Assembly: GCA_000320545.1 (NCBI GenBank)
Contig: ADNK01000862.1
Location: 137,947 to 201,946, forward strand
Source: Bigelowiella natans CCMP2755
Lineage: Eukaryota; Protista; Cercozoa
Direction: 5' to 3'
DNA length: 64,000 bases
A program made the translations under genes and the position numbers. Under the pieces are notes generated by a model. It saw only the letters and a list, made by a program, of their open reading frames with translations. It made no database searches and was not told the origin of the DNA. Positions 49,941-64,000 of this stretch are shown here, one piece after another; positions within the stretch are counted from its first letter, which is position 1; the number at the start of each line of letters is the position of its first letter.

Positions 49941-51149
49941 CGTTTGCATCGGCACTACGTCATCGATATGTAGTGTCGTATTTTGGTGCACAAGCATTCT
50001 TCTCCCTTTCATTCTTTCTTTCTTTTTTTCTCGAATCCCGCATTCGTTCACGCGCCGCACACGTCCAGAAAGAGAGAAAGAGAGAAGGAAAGAAACAAGG
50101 CTCCACCCACCTTGTTTATCGTGTACTTGAGGTATGAGAGTCTGGCCTGATAGCATCAGTTGTTTATAGATGTTACGTTTGCGATTGCTGCAAATGAAAG
50201 CGTGGAACGAGCAAGAGAGAAGAGAATATATGCAATAGAAATCGACGATGATGCGACAACGCCAACCGAATTCTCATGTAGGCAGGGCGCGTCTTTGAAC
50301 ACAGAATAATGTGTGATATCAATGTCACTGATAACATTGAAACTTTAACGCGGCGAGACGATGGCTCATGGCTCGCTGCTGCTGCTACTACCATTTTGAG
50401 AAGGCCAAGAATCCCAAATCCGTATTTAAAGGTGTGCGCCCACGTCGATATGAGCTGGTAGCAAACAACGACGCATTAGCAGCAGCAGCATGAGGAGGAG
50501 GGGAGTAGATTGGAAATTCGTATGGCGATAAGATAGAAGGGTGGTGGAGGCCAATGGTGGCTGCGAGGCAACAATTGCCTATGTTTTAGTCATTTCTCGT
50601 CGTCGTAGTCAGAATTGTCAAGACACGTGTTTCAAGAAGAATTATCATTATTGAGATATACTACCGTTTGCTTGTAATAAAAGTCGTAGTCCTGGTGACA
50701 GCTGGCCACGTAGAGATTGAATACTTGCGACAAAAATGGGTAAGATTTAATGGGAAAAGGCAGTGCGAGGAGAGAGAGAATGACAACCAAAACCACCCGC
50801 AATGCAGAAAACAGCGACACCAGTAATCCTTAAGAAGGGTTGCAATTGCTTCGCATACCGCTACGATTGCAGCAACCATTGCTCATGCTAACACTCCCCC
50901 TACCATCGTTGTAATAAATGTCTTCCAGTCGTCGTTTCTCATGATGTTTATATTATGGGCCTATCTGTGCGCTATTATGTCTTCTTCCCGCTAGGTTTGC
51001 ACGATAGTATACGGTGAAATACCCAGAGCTCCTATGCTGATTTCGAGACTCTCCATTTTCGCTCTGATGTTGTTGTCATTTGGATTTGAATAAACGGTTG
51101 TAGCAGCATTTGCAAGCAGCAGCACTGTACGGTAGCAGCATGGCTACGA

Positions 51150-51180
<31 letters not shown>

Positions 51181-51677
51181 GGGCATATTAGATTGATGTT
51201 GGATGCTCTGCTCTGTGTGTGTGTGGGTGTGTGTGTGTGTGTGGCGTGTAATGCTCTGGTTGCTATATCGTCATCTTCGTCGTCGTCGTCGTTGAAACTA
51301 CATTTGGCTATTTTCATCCATGATGTAGGCCGCCACTAATAAAGAAGAACAAACAAACAAACAGAGAGAAGAAGTATGATTACTACTACCCACTTGGTGC
51401 TCAAATACATGATGATGATGATTGCATGCCGCGAACGAGGAAAGGGTGGAGAAGAGGGAGGCGCGTCGAAACTTTGGAAGCAGCATAAACCCCCCCCCCA
51501 CACCCCTCCCTGATTAATTGATTTACCGAGGATCACGAAGAAAGAATATCCGCCAGCAAGGAGGATGCCCTGCAAAAATGATGAAAGAAAAAAAGAATGA
51601 AAATATAGCTGATTAGAGATGAGGAGAATTGTTGGAGAAGAAGATCGATCGAGGATGATGAACGTAGCACAACACAT

Positions 51678-51733
<56 letters not shown>

Positions 51734-53581
51734 CATTCCTCGTGTGCAGCTGCTGACTACCCTGATTAGTTCCTTCGGAGCTGTAAAAAGTAAGAGCTTG
51801 AATCCTGGTGTGGCGATGTCGAGGCGTCGGAACCTGAAGCATACGAGGAGAGGACGACGGTGACAACAAAAACGACAACAACTACTACAACTACCACTAT
51901 TACTGTTACTATTACTACTGACCACATCATCATCATCATCATCAAAAACATCATCATCATCATCAACAGCAACAACAAAGAGCGGTACCTATATTCCGTA
52001 AGGACTGATATGGCGACTGAAACACCGCATATTATCCTCCAAAAGACTCGCTCCGATCCCGTGTCTCGCAGTCCACAGAAGCTTCTGGTTTATCAGAATA
52101 ACAATAGCATCAGCTGTATATAAGCAAGAAAGCAGTGCCTTCCCACATATCCACATGAAGATCGTTCTGAACTATCATCATCATAACGGCATTGCCTGTC
52201 TCTACTGCTACCGCAGCGCAACATCAACTCTCGTCTATTCACCGAACTAGACGGTGGATGATACTATTAACACTACTCCCCCCCCCCCCCCTCCTCTATC
52301 CCCTCCTCCTCCTCCTCCTCCTCCAACTACTACTGTCAACGAGGCTAACTGACTCTAGCTTCTCATTTCCATCAACTTGGTGGGGACTTATGATATACCG
52401 CAGCACGCACCTCGCCGCACTGTGCGAAATGTAAGCAAAAATAACAACAATCATCGTCGTCATCATCGTGATCATTAACACCATCATCACAGCGCCATTG
52501 GAACCACCCACTCGGTGAAGGGACGGTGCATCGTATGCTTATGGGGAGGGGAGGCGAAGAGAGTGATAAGTGGCTGAAAAACCTACTGACACATGCGTAC
52601 GAGCATGCATGAGAAGTAATGAGCGCATGATCGCGTTCTTCGCTCTCTAGTCCATCGTAAACTTATATCGTCGATTTTCCGATCGATGTCCCATTCGTTA
52701 CAAATCGTTTGTCTCCCCCCCCCTCCTCTCTCCTCCTCCTCCTCCTCCTTCTTCTTCTTTCGGGACACTTACGCGTAGATACAGCCAACCCACGGCAGCG
52801 AGCGCCACAGATGGTTGATGAGCGACACACCAAGGAAAGCCGCCTGTAGGAGGAGGAGGACGAGGAGGAGAGGCGTTAGCATCAAGGATAAAATCAAGAG
52901 AGTCAGTAGGAAGATGCTAAAATTGTATAGCCGTCCTTCAGAGATTAAAGAAAGATAATGCAAGACAGTAAAATGCGGTGTGCGTGTGTGTGTGTGCGTG
53001 TTCGTTTGTGTGATGCTGGACACTATCATTATGGTGATGGTCATCATCGTTATTGTTATTATTATCATCATTATTCTTCGCACACATAACAGACGGCCCT
53101 CCTACGACGATAAACGAATAACAACCCATTCCTTTATCCCAGCCACTAAAGGAAGCTGAGCATGCATCCTAGTGGTTGAGGAAGAGGGAAGAAGAAGAAG
53201 ATAGTAATAATCACAATTAACGTCATCATCGCTGCTTTAGTCTTCGGAGACACTATCTTTCACTGCATAAAGCAACATAACGTTCTTTCCTCAGCCCCGT
53301 ACATGCAAAGGTATCACCAGCGTTTAATGGTGGCGAGGAGGGGGGTAGAGTTTGAATTACAAAACACAACGGTATAGTACGTCTCTTTCGCCTGTGCTGC
53401 GGTATTAAGGAAAACACTTGAGACGTCCTTGACAATCCAAGGCCAGAATAGCAGAGCTGCCCCGCCTGTTTTGTAGCGTAGAAGTACCAATTTGAGTTGA
53501 CAGGGGGAGAGAAAGAGGGGGGGAGGGAGAGGGAGAAAGAACATGTTTCAGAAGACTTGAAATTCGTGATAAGTATAATGT

Positions 53582-53625
<44 letters not shown>

Positions 53626-53832
53626 TTGTGTATCCCCTCAGGCGTTGTTGATATTCGGATGGAAATCATTCTTAGCATGTGCAAACTGACCGATGATCAG
53701 GCGTAATTGAGCAAAGGACAGAGGATTCTCTTTCCGCGTGTACAGCCATAGATTCGTGGAGATGAAGGAGACACCCTTTGATGCAATAAAGTTGCGTGAT
53801 AATTTAAACGATTAGAAGTCGCTTACGATACG

Positions 53833-53865
<33 letters not shown>

Positions 53866-54618
53866 GTCATCATCTTCTTCATCATCAGTATCATCAGTAT
53901 CATCAGTATCATCAGTAGCAGTACGGAGGTATATTAGGGACGTGCATGGAAATAAAAGTGTGTGTTGTCATCACCAGTGCCATGTTCCTCCATAGAGCGA
54001 GTTTTGGACCACCTATTGTTGTGAAACCAAAGATCAACCGAAGCAACCTGCTCTTTTTTTCCCCCCCCCCCCCCCCCCCTTGTTCTTTCTAAAAGATATG
54101 TGCCAGCAAGTGCATAAAAGCTATGGAAGTAACTAGTCATTAAGCAGTTGCTGGTTACTTACCGTGTAGCATTGCTGCGTTCGCCAACACGAAGCCCTGG
54201 TTCAAGAACACATCAACAACGTGAATTATTAACGTTATCGTTATGATGAAAAAGCAGCAGCAGCAGCAACTGTAAAGTTCTCCTTCTCCTCACCGCTAGC
54301 GATCCGTAGATGAAGAGAGGACGATAGGCCACAATGCCCAAGGAGGATGATGGTGAAACGGCAGCTACAATTCGTAGTAATGAGGAGGGGAAGGGGGAGG
54401 GGGGGAGACAAGTGCACAAAATCAGTGCCGGTTTAAGTTAAGTTTTCCACGTTAATACACCGATCAGAGTGTAAGGGGAAAGATGAGGCCACCTTTCGCA
54501 TACTCCGGGATGCTTAGCGTTGTTGGCAGTATCTCGACGGTGAGATTTGATCCTTTCTTCGTGCGAGCGAACACCGTGGCACGATAGCTTCCAACGCCTA
54601 ATGGTGAGGTGAGGTAAC

Positions 54619-54649
<31 letters not shown>

Positions 54650-54877
54650 CTGTTGTTCTTGTTGATGATGAAGGCGGCTAATACACAACAGCGGAAACAG
54701 CACATAGGATCATCCCTCTCTCTCGCTCTCTCTCGCTCTCCTCCTTTTTCTTCCCTTCCTCCCTTGCGCCGATAACTAAATCTCAAAACACGAAAGCTGG
54801 CTATATTAGTACGAACAGGCAACCTCCTGGGAGGGCCCCTAGCTGCTTCCCATCCACAACCTGGCAGAGAGAAAGAT

Positions 54878-54909
<32 letters not shown>

Positions 54910-55026
54910 GTTAGTAGTGAATGGAATGGCAAAAAAGGGGGGGATGCGCATTGCTGCATCGAGTAGTAGTACAGCAATGGCTAATTGAAGATCATACAAT
55001 GCATCCATCATAATTAACAATATATA

Positions 55027-55059
<33 letters not shown>

Positions 55060-55881
55060 CTTTTCATTTTCTCGTTAGCGTTGTTGTCATCAGTATCTAA
55101 CTTAAGTAGCAGCATTCAGTCGATCATCACCTTTGTCCCGTCTAGAAACACGTGCATTCGCTGAGTAAGTAGGAGAAAAGGAAATCAGAGACAGGGGGGG
55201 AGAGAGGGAGGGAGAGAGAGATAGAGATATGTATTTTGCGGCTCATGCATATAGGGCACAATGACATCTTACGGTGCTGTAACAACGATGCTCACAGTGA
55301 TTGTTCGTGTGTTTTCGAGCACAGCTTGTTGATCTCCATCTGCCGCCTCCTTCTACACGATATTCTACTCTTATTATTACGTATGTACGAAGATCTATGA
55401 GCAGGCCAACCACACTGTGGTTCTCTCCACTAGCCTTTGCCTCTACCGCACGTTTCTGGAAGAAGAAGAAGAAGACGACGAAGAGTGATATTGCGCCAAC
55501 ATATCGTTACTTACACTCCATGACAGGCTGCTCACATAACATCTCCATCATAACCATAATCTAACAGCATGGTAGTAAAGCCGATGACAAAATGATATTT
55601 CCATGCAAGAAAGCAGACAGCCAAGGTAGCATCTTTTGCTTGTAGCACGACTCTCGCTCTGCAGCAACGGCAGCGGCTACCTTCCACATGCGTTTACCAA
55701 GTGAGAACCCCACGACTCTGTATTGTTAAGGATGGGGAGGAATCGTAAGAACGAAGAATGAGAATAACACCAACAAGGAGAAGAAGAATAGGAGAGGGAG
55801 AGATCTAGGAGGAAATGCAATAGGTGTGAAATGCTGATGAGGACGTGTGGAATATAGATATATGTATATGCGTATAAAAAA

Positions 55882-55924
<43 letters not shown>

Positions 55925-55930
55925 CCCACA

Positions 55931-55970
<40 letters not shown>

Positions 55971-56368
55971 GCACATGTACGACAAGTCACTTAAAGAGAG
56001 ATCTCTCACTACCGACCTCCACATATCCTGACTGTATTCATCCCCTCCCCCTTTAGGGCTGCTGCTACTGCTACTGTGACCACGCCGCCCATGGCGAGCA
56101 TTGGAGAATGACACCTGCTCGTTGTTATTGAACCAACAACTCAACCCAAATAAGAAGAGACTGTGGAGAGTGGAAGGGAGAATCAGCATCATCCACATCA
56201 TCTCATCTGTGAGCAAACAAGCCTGAGCAAACAACTTCCTTGGGAGTGTCAAGATGAATTCAAGCCACCATCACGCTACTTGCTACTAACTAATGCTGCA
56301 ACCACTGCTCCTACTACATATTCGACTTGTCTGCTGCTCTACTACAACTGCTAATACTACTGATACTG

Positions 56369-56399
<31 letters not shown>

Positions 56400-56777
56400 C
56401 GCAATTGAATAGTGGAACGGTTTATCGGTCTCACGAGGTACTTTGAACAAACAGCTAGGTGGGAGGGGATGGTGGTGATAATAATGGTGAAAAAGAGACA
56501 ACGAGAGCGAGATAGAAAGCGAAGGAGGGGGGGGGGTATCAGGTTAAGGCGCAAATGAGAAGGAATAATATGGCGATTTTTTGAAATGTAGATGAGGAGT
56601 GTAGAGTAGCAAATGAAGCAACGAACCATACCTTCCAAACGTTCCCGAGTCTCGACTTGAATGATGGAGGGGGGAGGGGGAGGGGATGGATGGGGTAAAG
56701 AAATTATGACATGGAAAGAGGATCAGTATGAGCGACTTCATGTGCAACGATCAACTACCATCGTTGCAAAGTAAATC

Positions 56778-56837
<60 letters not shown>

Positions 56838-58038
56838 TGACAAAGAAGCACAAATCATCATCATAAATCGTCATCATAAATGATCATCTCACACCAATGC
56901 AATCCTGTCAGGTTGTGAGCAAGGAACTTCGTGCTTACGACAGGGGTCACACCGATAGCGAAATACGGGCGACGAGATCTGGGAGGGCAAACATTGAGAA
57001 ATCCAAAAAAATCAGAAGCAAATAGGCAGAAAAATGAAGGTGAGAATGAGCTCTCAACGCGTACAGAATATGGTAAAATTGTCCGTGCGTGCTATGGGAT
57101 CTTAAAACGGCGATGCAAAATACAGGCAAGGAAATGGGCCTCCTTATATGCTTTCTCTCCTCCCCTTCCTCCTCCTCCTCCTCCTCCTCGTCATCACGCC
57201 AAATATGATAGTGGTAGCATTAGCAGCTGTGTAGACAACCTCCCACGCTCCGGAACGACTCCAAACATTGTGTGAAAATTCGATACCTGTGGAGGGAGGG
57301 GAAGGGAGAGAGGGAGAGAGAGAAAGAGAAGAAAAGGAGGGCTGAGCAAGATGCAACCCACGATTTGACACAAAAACTACACGAATGATTGCAAATCAAA
57401 GCTCAAAGGGGTAGAGATATATGCATTCAATAGCTTATGGAGACTATAGATCACATTCGTTGCAAATAGCCACCTTAAACTCGCGGAAAACGAGGCCGCT
57501 ACCCGAGTCCCATTGCTGAATATCAATCATCCCACACCACACATCACAACCCACACGAACAACATTATAGCACCATAGAAATAGAGAATAAACGCTTGGT
57601 GTTGCATCTGATATGTGAGTGAGTTCCTTTTCTTTCATTCATTTACGACAGCAGGAAGTATCGATGCTATTTATTTCTATTCAACTACATCGTGTGTGTC
57701 TTTTGGAGTCCCAATATCTACAAACAGCTACTATGGGGTATTTAAATGTGTATTCAGTTCTAATAAACTAATCGCGGTTTTCTGTTTCTTTTCCTTCTTT
57801 TGTCTTTTTCTCCTTCTCCCCGTTTCTCTCTTTTTCTCTTTCTTCTTTTTTTTCCTTCTCCTGACGTTGATCGGGTATCTTTCCTGCACTAACTTGTGAT
57901 GGCGCTCATGACACCTATTATCATGATGATCATGATCATGATCATCATCTTCGCAGCCCCCTATTCTGGGTCTACGTGAATCAGATGCAGCAATACAGGT
58001 GGTGGTGGTGGTGGTGCGCGTGTGTGGTAGCAACATGC

Positions 58039-58069
<31 letters not shown>

Positions 58070-58742
58070 AGACAGAGGTATAAGCAAATATTTATCTTCG
58101 TAACCATTGGTAGAAAAAGCATCATCATAATCATCATCAGCAGCAGCAGCAGTAACAACAACAACAACAAGACAGTTAATGTGGGGTGGAAACGTACCCG
58201 CCAGATCCAAACACCACCTTGTTCATTCTAAGCAACCGAATTCGGTCATATATTCATATACAGTAAGCGTGGGGAGGATTGGAGAATCTAACACATCGAT
58301 CTATTAAATGCACACGGCAGGGAAAACAGAGAAGGTGTTCTTCAGCAACGACAAACATACGCATATACATGCATACATAAGTACACACACATACATTTGG
58401 CCAATAAAGTACACCCCACAATTCTGGTGCACGGGAAGCTGCTCGAATTCGCCTACAGAGAGGCGGATGGAAAGAGAAGGAGAGGCGGGGGGGGGGGGGG
58501 GAGGAGGAGACGACGCGAATAATACAAGAAATGAACAGCAATATCAATTAGCATAGAGATTAGTATTATGCAAGTCTTTATGGGGTAAGATTAGAGGGAA
58601 AAGGGCGGAGGATGCAACTATGAATGACGACTGCCTCTGTGGCATGATCGATCAATACCTGTGACGCATTGTCTCTTCCGAATCGTACGTGCAAACTTCA
58701 AAATAAATCAATTTACATAAATATATAGATATATGATAAGGC

Positions 58743-58781
<39 letters not shown>

Positions 58782-60927
58782 CCACTCCATCTCCACCAGT
58801 ACATAGTTGAAATTATTTTAAGCATTAATCAGAGAGCTGTTATGATCATCATCATCCTCATCCTCATCATCATCATCATCATCATCACCACCTTGATGAC
58901 ACGCCGTAATTTGACCATATGTCCTACAACAACAACAACAACAACAAGCGTCAGAGTAAGAAGAACGAAGGAGAAACACTGAAAACAGCAACTCGTAAAA
59001 GCACAATAGTGTACAATATTTTATCACCATCATCCCAATATGTTTGTAACACACACACACACACACGCACGCACGCACACACACATACAATCACAAAACA
59101 CCACCTGGTTTTAGCCCCGTTCTCTTGATGAGCTCCTTCTCTTTCTAAAATTAGCAGTATTGATTGATGTTGATGTGTCAGCAGCCAAGATAAGCGTTGA
59201 TTGATGTGTTAGCAGCCAAGATTACTGATTCACACACGCGCGCGCGCGCGCAACGACGACCACAAACCTCTTTTGTCGATATTGCTAAGAGCTCTTCCCG
59301 CGTCACCTTTGAAGAAGACACATAATGGAGAAGATAAGCGACGCAAGATGTATAGAAGGCGTTTTGGCTTGCTGAAAGATGGTAATGGTACGATCTTTAC
59401 CTTTGCGTCTATGAATGCTTTGTTATATTCGCTGTGTAGTTGCGACCGCCTGAGGGTTGGATGCCTCTATTACAAGTGTTTGTGAGCATATCCTCCACCC
59501 ATCTTACACGTATTATTCAATTATATGAATGGGGCGTTCTTGTGCAGAAATATCAACAGAACTCCAAAGGCGTTGTGAAGATCTCATGCAATGAACGACG
59601 CATCAGAAATACCTAAGAATTCCTTCCACGGTTTTTAGCTCCTAGACGATAATGGACGGCAAGTTATAAATCGACGAGAATAATGTTCAGGTAAATATTA
59701 TATTATATACACACATGCATATGTGTGTGTGTGTGTGCGCGTGAAATATGTCCGTTACCTCCTCTTCTAGTGATTTCTTCGCTTTCCCAATCGCAAAGAT
59801 AAGCCGCGTTGCCTAATACAATGATAATAGTTATATATGAATAATATAATGCTGGCGCCACCAATCTAACACTCCGCCAACTCCTCACGTGTACTACTAC
59901 CTCACTGGGCGTGATCGGCTGCATTCTAAACCATTTCTTCAGTCTTTCAAGATCGGCCTGCGTAATCAATATATTTATGAGTGAATTTTCAATGATTACC
60001 TCGCATATAATATAGTGTCGCCTTATGTGGGAGGGAGGCGACGGTCACGTGGTAGCTTATCGCAAAACGTAAGAGAGCGGCACTTGCGGACTTCTTCCAC
60101 ACTATAGAGAATGCAATGCCATTCGAACAAATCATTTCAAAGATAGTTAACCCGGGGGCTGGCAGCGGTATTTGCGTCTGTTTATAAAAGCGGGGTAGGC
60201 AAAACGGCGTGTTATATTAGTGCACATTTCTCCTTCCCATACCACTGAATATTCATTCTTGGAACATGTACCAACCCTACTCAAGAGCCCTCTCTCTTTC
60301 GTGCTCGAGCTCACCGTCTTTGAGTTCGGAAGATCGCTTCTCCTTCTCCTTCTCTACAACATCTGATATTTTGTAGAGATGGCGTAAGGTACAAAATAGC
60401 TGTCAGTCAAATGAAGAAGAAGAAGAAGAAGAAGATGATGATGATGATGATATCATCCGACGAGAGCGGTAATTGTTTATCTTCATCGCACCTAGTATCG
60501 ATTTGACTTGTTCGCTCATGCTTTCCAGTTCCTTGGGCCATTCTATCTGTTGTTCAGATCACGTAAACTGAAATCTTCGGACGATAGACGCATATACGCG
60601 CGGCCGCCGGCTCTTAGTCAGCACTCATAGTTTTTCGCTTGATGCCACTACCTTACGGAGAAGGCAGATCAGCCTCTCACTATGAAGATTAATCTCCCCC
60701 TTACCATCCAAATCCAGAGCCTGGCCAACACCAAAAATGAATGCCGTATGTAAAAGGTCACGTTGCATGCACGTGGCACCATCCACGATGACAACCTTGA
60801 AGATATTTTCCACAAAAAGCGGTGTCTTCTGACGCTTCGACTCTGGTGTCTTCTTTTCAGCCCCCCCCAGTCCATTGCGCCCCTCGCAGGGCTTCTCGGA
60901 TTCGCGATGGGGCTGCCATGCTCCCAT
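49766..60927 (-). CDS. Unidentified many-exon gene (possibly two genes): N-terminal EF-hand-like motif and multi-pass membrane C-terminal half
   Basis: Many short minus-strand exons bounded by AG/GT between microsatellite introns. Spliced IFK|ALDLDGKGEINLH is EF-hand-like. Hydrophobic exons include AAFLGVSLINHLWRSLPWVGCIY, VFWRIICGVSVAISVLTEY, GILLAGGYSFFVIL, MVAAIVAVCEAIATLL. Limits approximate. Confidence 0.45.
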
Positions 60928-61373
60928 CTCCACCTACCCGTCTTCGGAAAAATCTCAATTTTTTCTTCGGGTGGGGCTGCTGATTCTCCTGTTTCCGTCC
61001 GAAGCGAATATGTCGAAATCAGCGAAATTTAGACCATAATTTATGCGAAATATATCTGAATTCTAAAACAGTTATGAAAATTACGCAGACTGTTGTCAGG
61101 AGTATACTAAACAATGCACCCCGATCGATCCATGTAACAGCTCGTATTCATCTGAGATTTATCCGAATACAATTACGAAGTCGGGCAACAATATGTCTGA
61201 AATTTATATTTCGATATTTTATGGATATTTGATCCATCGACATTGATCACAATCCCAGAATAAACAGCCAACTTGAAATCGCTTTTCAGAGATTCTAATA
61301 CATTTATACCCTAATATATTGAAAATATCCGTTCCACTTGATTTCTTAATTCTGCTCTGCACTCCTCAGCAAA

Positions 61374-63114
61374 ATGGCGGCGCAGCTCGAGGAAGCGGCG
61401 GTAGACCTTCAAGGTCTGCGCAACCACCTGAGACAGTCAATCGCGCGCATGCTACAGTCTTTCGATAAAGATAAAGTTCTAATTCTCGACAAGTCCCTCA
61501 CGGGTCCACTTGGAGTGGTAGCGGAAATGGCTATGCTCAAGAAGTTAGGAGGTATGCTTGTTAGTATAACTTACGACAAAACCCCGCTTCCTCTTCCTCC
61601 TTCTCCTCCTCCTCCTCCTTAGTCGTGAGCCCCTCTATTGAGTGATGATGAACATTTCCAAACGCGAATTCGATAATGAATCCAGTGAATTTGAATACTT
61701 ACTGCAACGCTCTTCGTAGGAAATCATTAGAAACGAGATATTTCATGACTCTCTCTCTCTCTCCCCTCCCCCCCATAAAATCACTCACCGTCTGTGTCGA
61801 AATATTTCTTTATGTACATTAACGTCATTCTCATCATCATCATCATCATCTTACCACATTGCTGCTATCATTGTGTGTGTAGCGGGTGAGATCTACCACC
61901 TTGGAATACCAGTGACTGCTGATTCGAAAGACATCATCTTCTTCGTCAGACCCACCATTCATAACATGAATTGCGTGGCTGATCAAGTCCTCAAGGATTA
62001 CAGAGCCAAACCCCCGGTCCTTACGCACAGCGCTAAACAAAATAACGCGACACCGATTTCTCCCCCGTGTGCGTTTTTATCGGAGCTCTGATACGTTTTC
62101 CTTCCAGGTGATGAGAAAGTACAACTTGTTTATGACGCCGAGGCCTACCAAAGTGTGTGCGGAGGTGCTCACGGATAGGTATGCTAAATCACCACAAAAA
62201 ATAGCGTGCGATTTGTCCAAGCCAGTATGAGCTGGGCTTTCTTTCTCTGCCATACCCTCCGCTCATTCGGTCCTAACTCTACTTTCACAAATTCTCTCCG
62301 CAATGTCGTTGTTGCTGTTGCTATCGAATAGAGGGGTCCTTGGCGATGTAACAGTGAAGGGGGTAAGCAAGCTCCGTTGTACTATTCTGTACGTTGTTGC
62401 CGGATATCCATCATTCCTTTTCCCTCCTGCGTTCTCCCCACCGCGCCACTATTATTCTCGTTTAAAGTTTTCGTTGATTATTTAATATTCGTAAATAAAT
62501 ATCAGCTGCACCTGGGTTTCATCCCAATTGATGCGGACGTTCTGAGCCTAGAAAATGAGAGGATTTGGAGAGAGGTATTTCTCAAGAATGACATCGATGG
62601 TCTTTGGAACCTTGCTCGATCTCTCATCAAGCTACAGGTAGGGAGAGAAATTAATTCTGTGAGGAGTAGTTGTCTGTATCCAAATTCTAAGATGCCAGAA
62701 TAGGAGAACGGCGGGGGGGGGTTGAGAATCCTCTGATGATGATAAATCTTCGCGTGTGTCGCCTTAAATCTCCTCCTCCCTTTATAGGTCTTCTTTGGAG
62801 TTATTCCGACAATATACGCTAAAGGCTCGCATGCAAAGACGGTTAGAATAATCACAGTGTGTGTGGTGTGTGTGTGTGTGTGTACACAAGTTTCCTCATA
62901 TTTTCTAGAAGGCGGACCCCCATCCATACGCTTCTCTCCTCACCCTCGTCTTCATATAATTATCAGGTTGTAAAGCTGATGAAACGTATCCGCGAGGAAT
63001 CGGATCCAGAAATGTACACAATCATGCGCTTTTCTAATCGCCACGTTTTGTTCGACATTCGTAGTATTTGCGAGCCCGTCTTGTGAGGGATGTGGGTGTG
63101 TTTGTGTGTGTGTT

Positions 63115-63199
<85 letters not shown>

Positions 63200-63787
63200 C
63201 ATGGCAATGATCATCATTGTTGTGTCCATCATCATCCTCCTCCTCCTTCTCCTCCCACGAATCCGCTTCTTCTCTAGGTTCGATAGTAGTGTTTCTGAGA
63301 TCTCAGAGTGTGTCATTTTAGACAGGACGGTGGATATGGTACGAGTGCAAGTAGCGCTGCGATCATGATGAAGATGCTGATTATGCTAATGATGATGATG
63401 TTGTTAAGGAGGGGAGGGAGGGACCGGGGATGATGCTTCACCTCAGTCATCTATATACGCACGAAACATATATAACCAGGCTACACCTCTAATGACGCAA
63501 ATGACATATGAAGGCAAGATCGATGAGCACATAGGTAGGGGAGACGTTGTAGTAGTAGAACCAGTAGTTGTAGTAGTAGCTGCATCATCATTTAAAGTAG
63601 ACACTATACACACACACACGCTCACATCGGGAGAAAGAAAAGAGAGAGAGAAAGATAGAGAGAAGAGCTTATATGCAATCATTTTACACACACATACACA
63701 CGCACACACAGCGCATACATGCATGAGGTTGTACCTCCTAACTTTCTCTATCGGACTCCTTCTCCCCGCATTTTGTGGTGGTGCTTC

Positions 63788-63823
<36 letters not shown>

Positions 63824-64000
63824 ATGATGAAAAAGGCATAAAAAACAGTTGCGCGACAGTAGACGCCTCCATAACAGCAACGAAGCAAAACAAAAAAGGT
63901 ACGGAGGAGTACGTGGTTCAAAACGAAGAGGATCAAGGAATATAGACATGCCATCTCCCCCCCCCCCCCCCCCCCCCACATACAAACTTTATACACTACT
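61374..64000 (+). CDS. VPS33: Vacuolar protein sorting 33 (Sec1/Munc18 family), 3'-truncated by the window edge
   Basis: KVLILDKSLTGPLGVV, IIFFVRP, FMTPRPTKVC, GVLGDV, FIPIDADVLSLE, LARSLIKLQ..FGVIPTIYAKG, ILDRTVDM|ATPLMTQMTYEGKIDE. Confidence 0.9.
63091..63196. repeat. Compound (TG)n(AG)n microsatellite in a VPS33 intron
   Basis: Direct reading. Confidence 0.95.

Noticed and set aside
59169-59223. Near-identical 22-bp direct repeat TTGATGTGT(C/T)AGCAGCCAAGAT, superficially CRISPR-like
   Set aside because: Two copies with a ~10-bp spacer in eukaryotic intronic DNA; no array and no cas genes
46458-63996. Many ORFs consisting of poly-CV, HT, IY, poly-I or poly-L
   Set aside because: Translations of intronic microsatellites

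Overview
Intron-rich eukaryotic nuclear DNA (GT-AG introns, many packed with microsatellites). N-terminal signal-plus-transit-like leaders on plastid-type proteins suggest an alga with a secondary plastid; a chlorarachniophyte-like host is my inference. Gene order: the 3' ~10 kb of a type I PKS (+), a STIMATE/TMEM110-like gene (-), CFAP54 (+), a decayed TpA-depleted pseudogene-like block, a divergent DEAD-box helicase (-), an intronless eIF4A-like gene (+), a small CCCH zinc-finger gene (-), a cyclophilin (-), a DUF2358/SnoaL-like gene (+), HCF101 (-), GET3/ASNA1 (+), an unidentified multi-exon membrane-protein gene (-) and the 5' part of VPS33 (+). Two observations stand out. (1) When spliced by hand, the PKS reads AT-KR-ACP-ACP and then, instead of a thioesterase, continues in frame into a membrane-embedded three-repeat terminal domain of the epsilon-poly-L-lysine synthetase (Pls; TIGR02353) type. 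This suggests a membrane-bound polyketide-polymerising or polyketide-transferring megasynthase. (2) A ~1.3 kb block, plus a second patch, has lost TpA everywhere except in CTA/TAG context, which points to a context-specific TA>CA/TG hypermutation process. All exon boundaries and family calls were made by eye and need HMM and RNA-seq confirmation.
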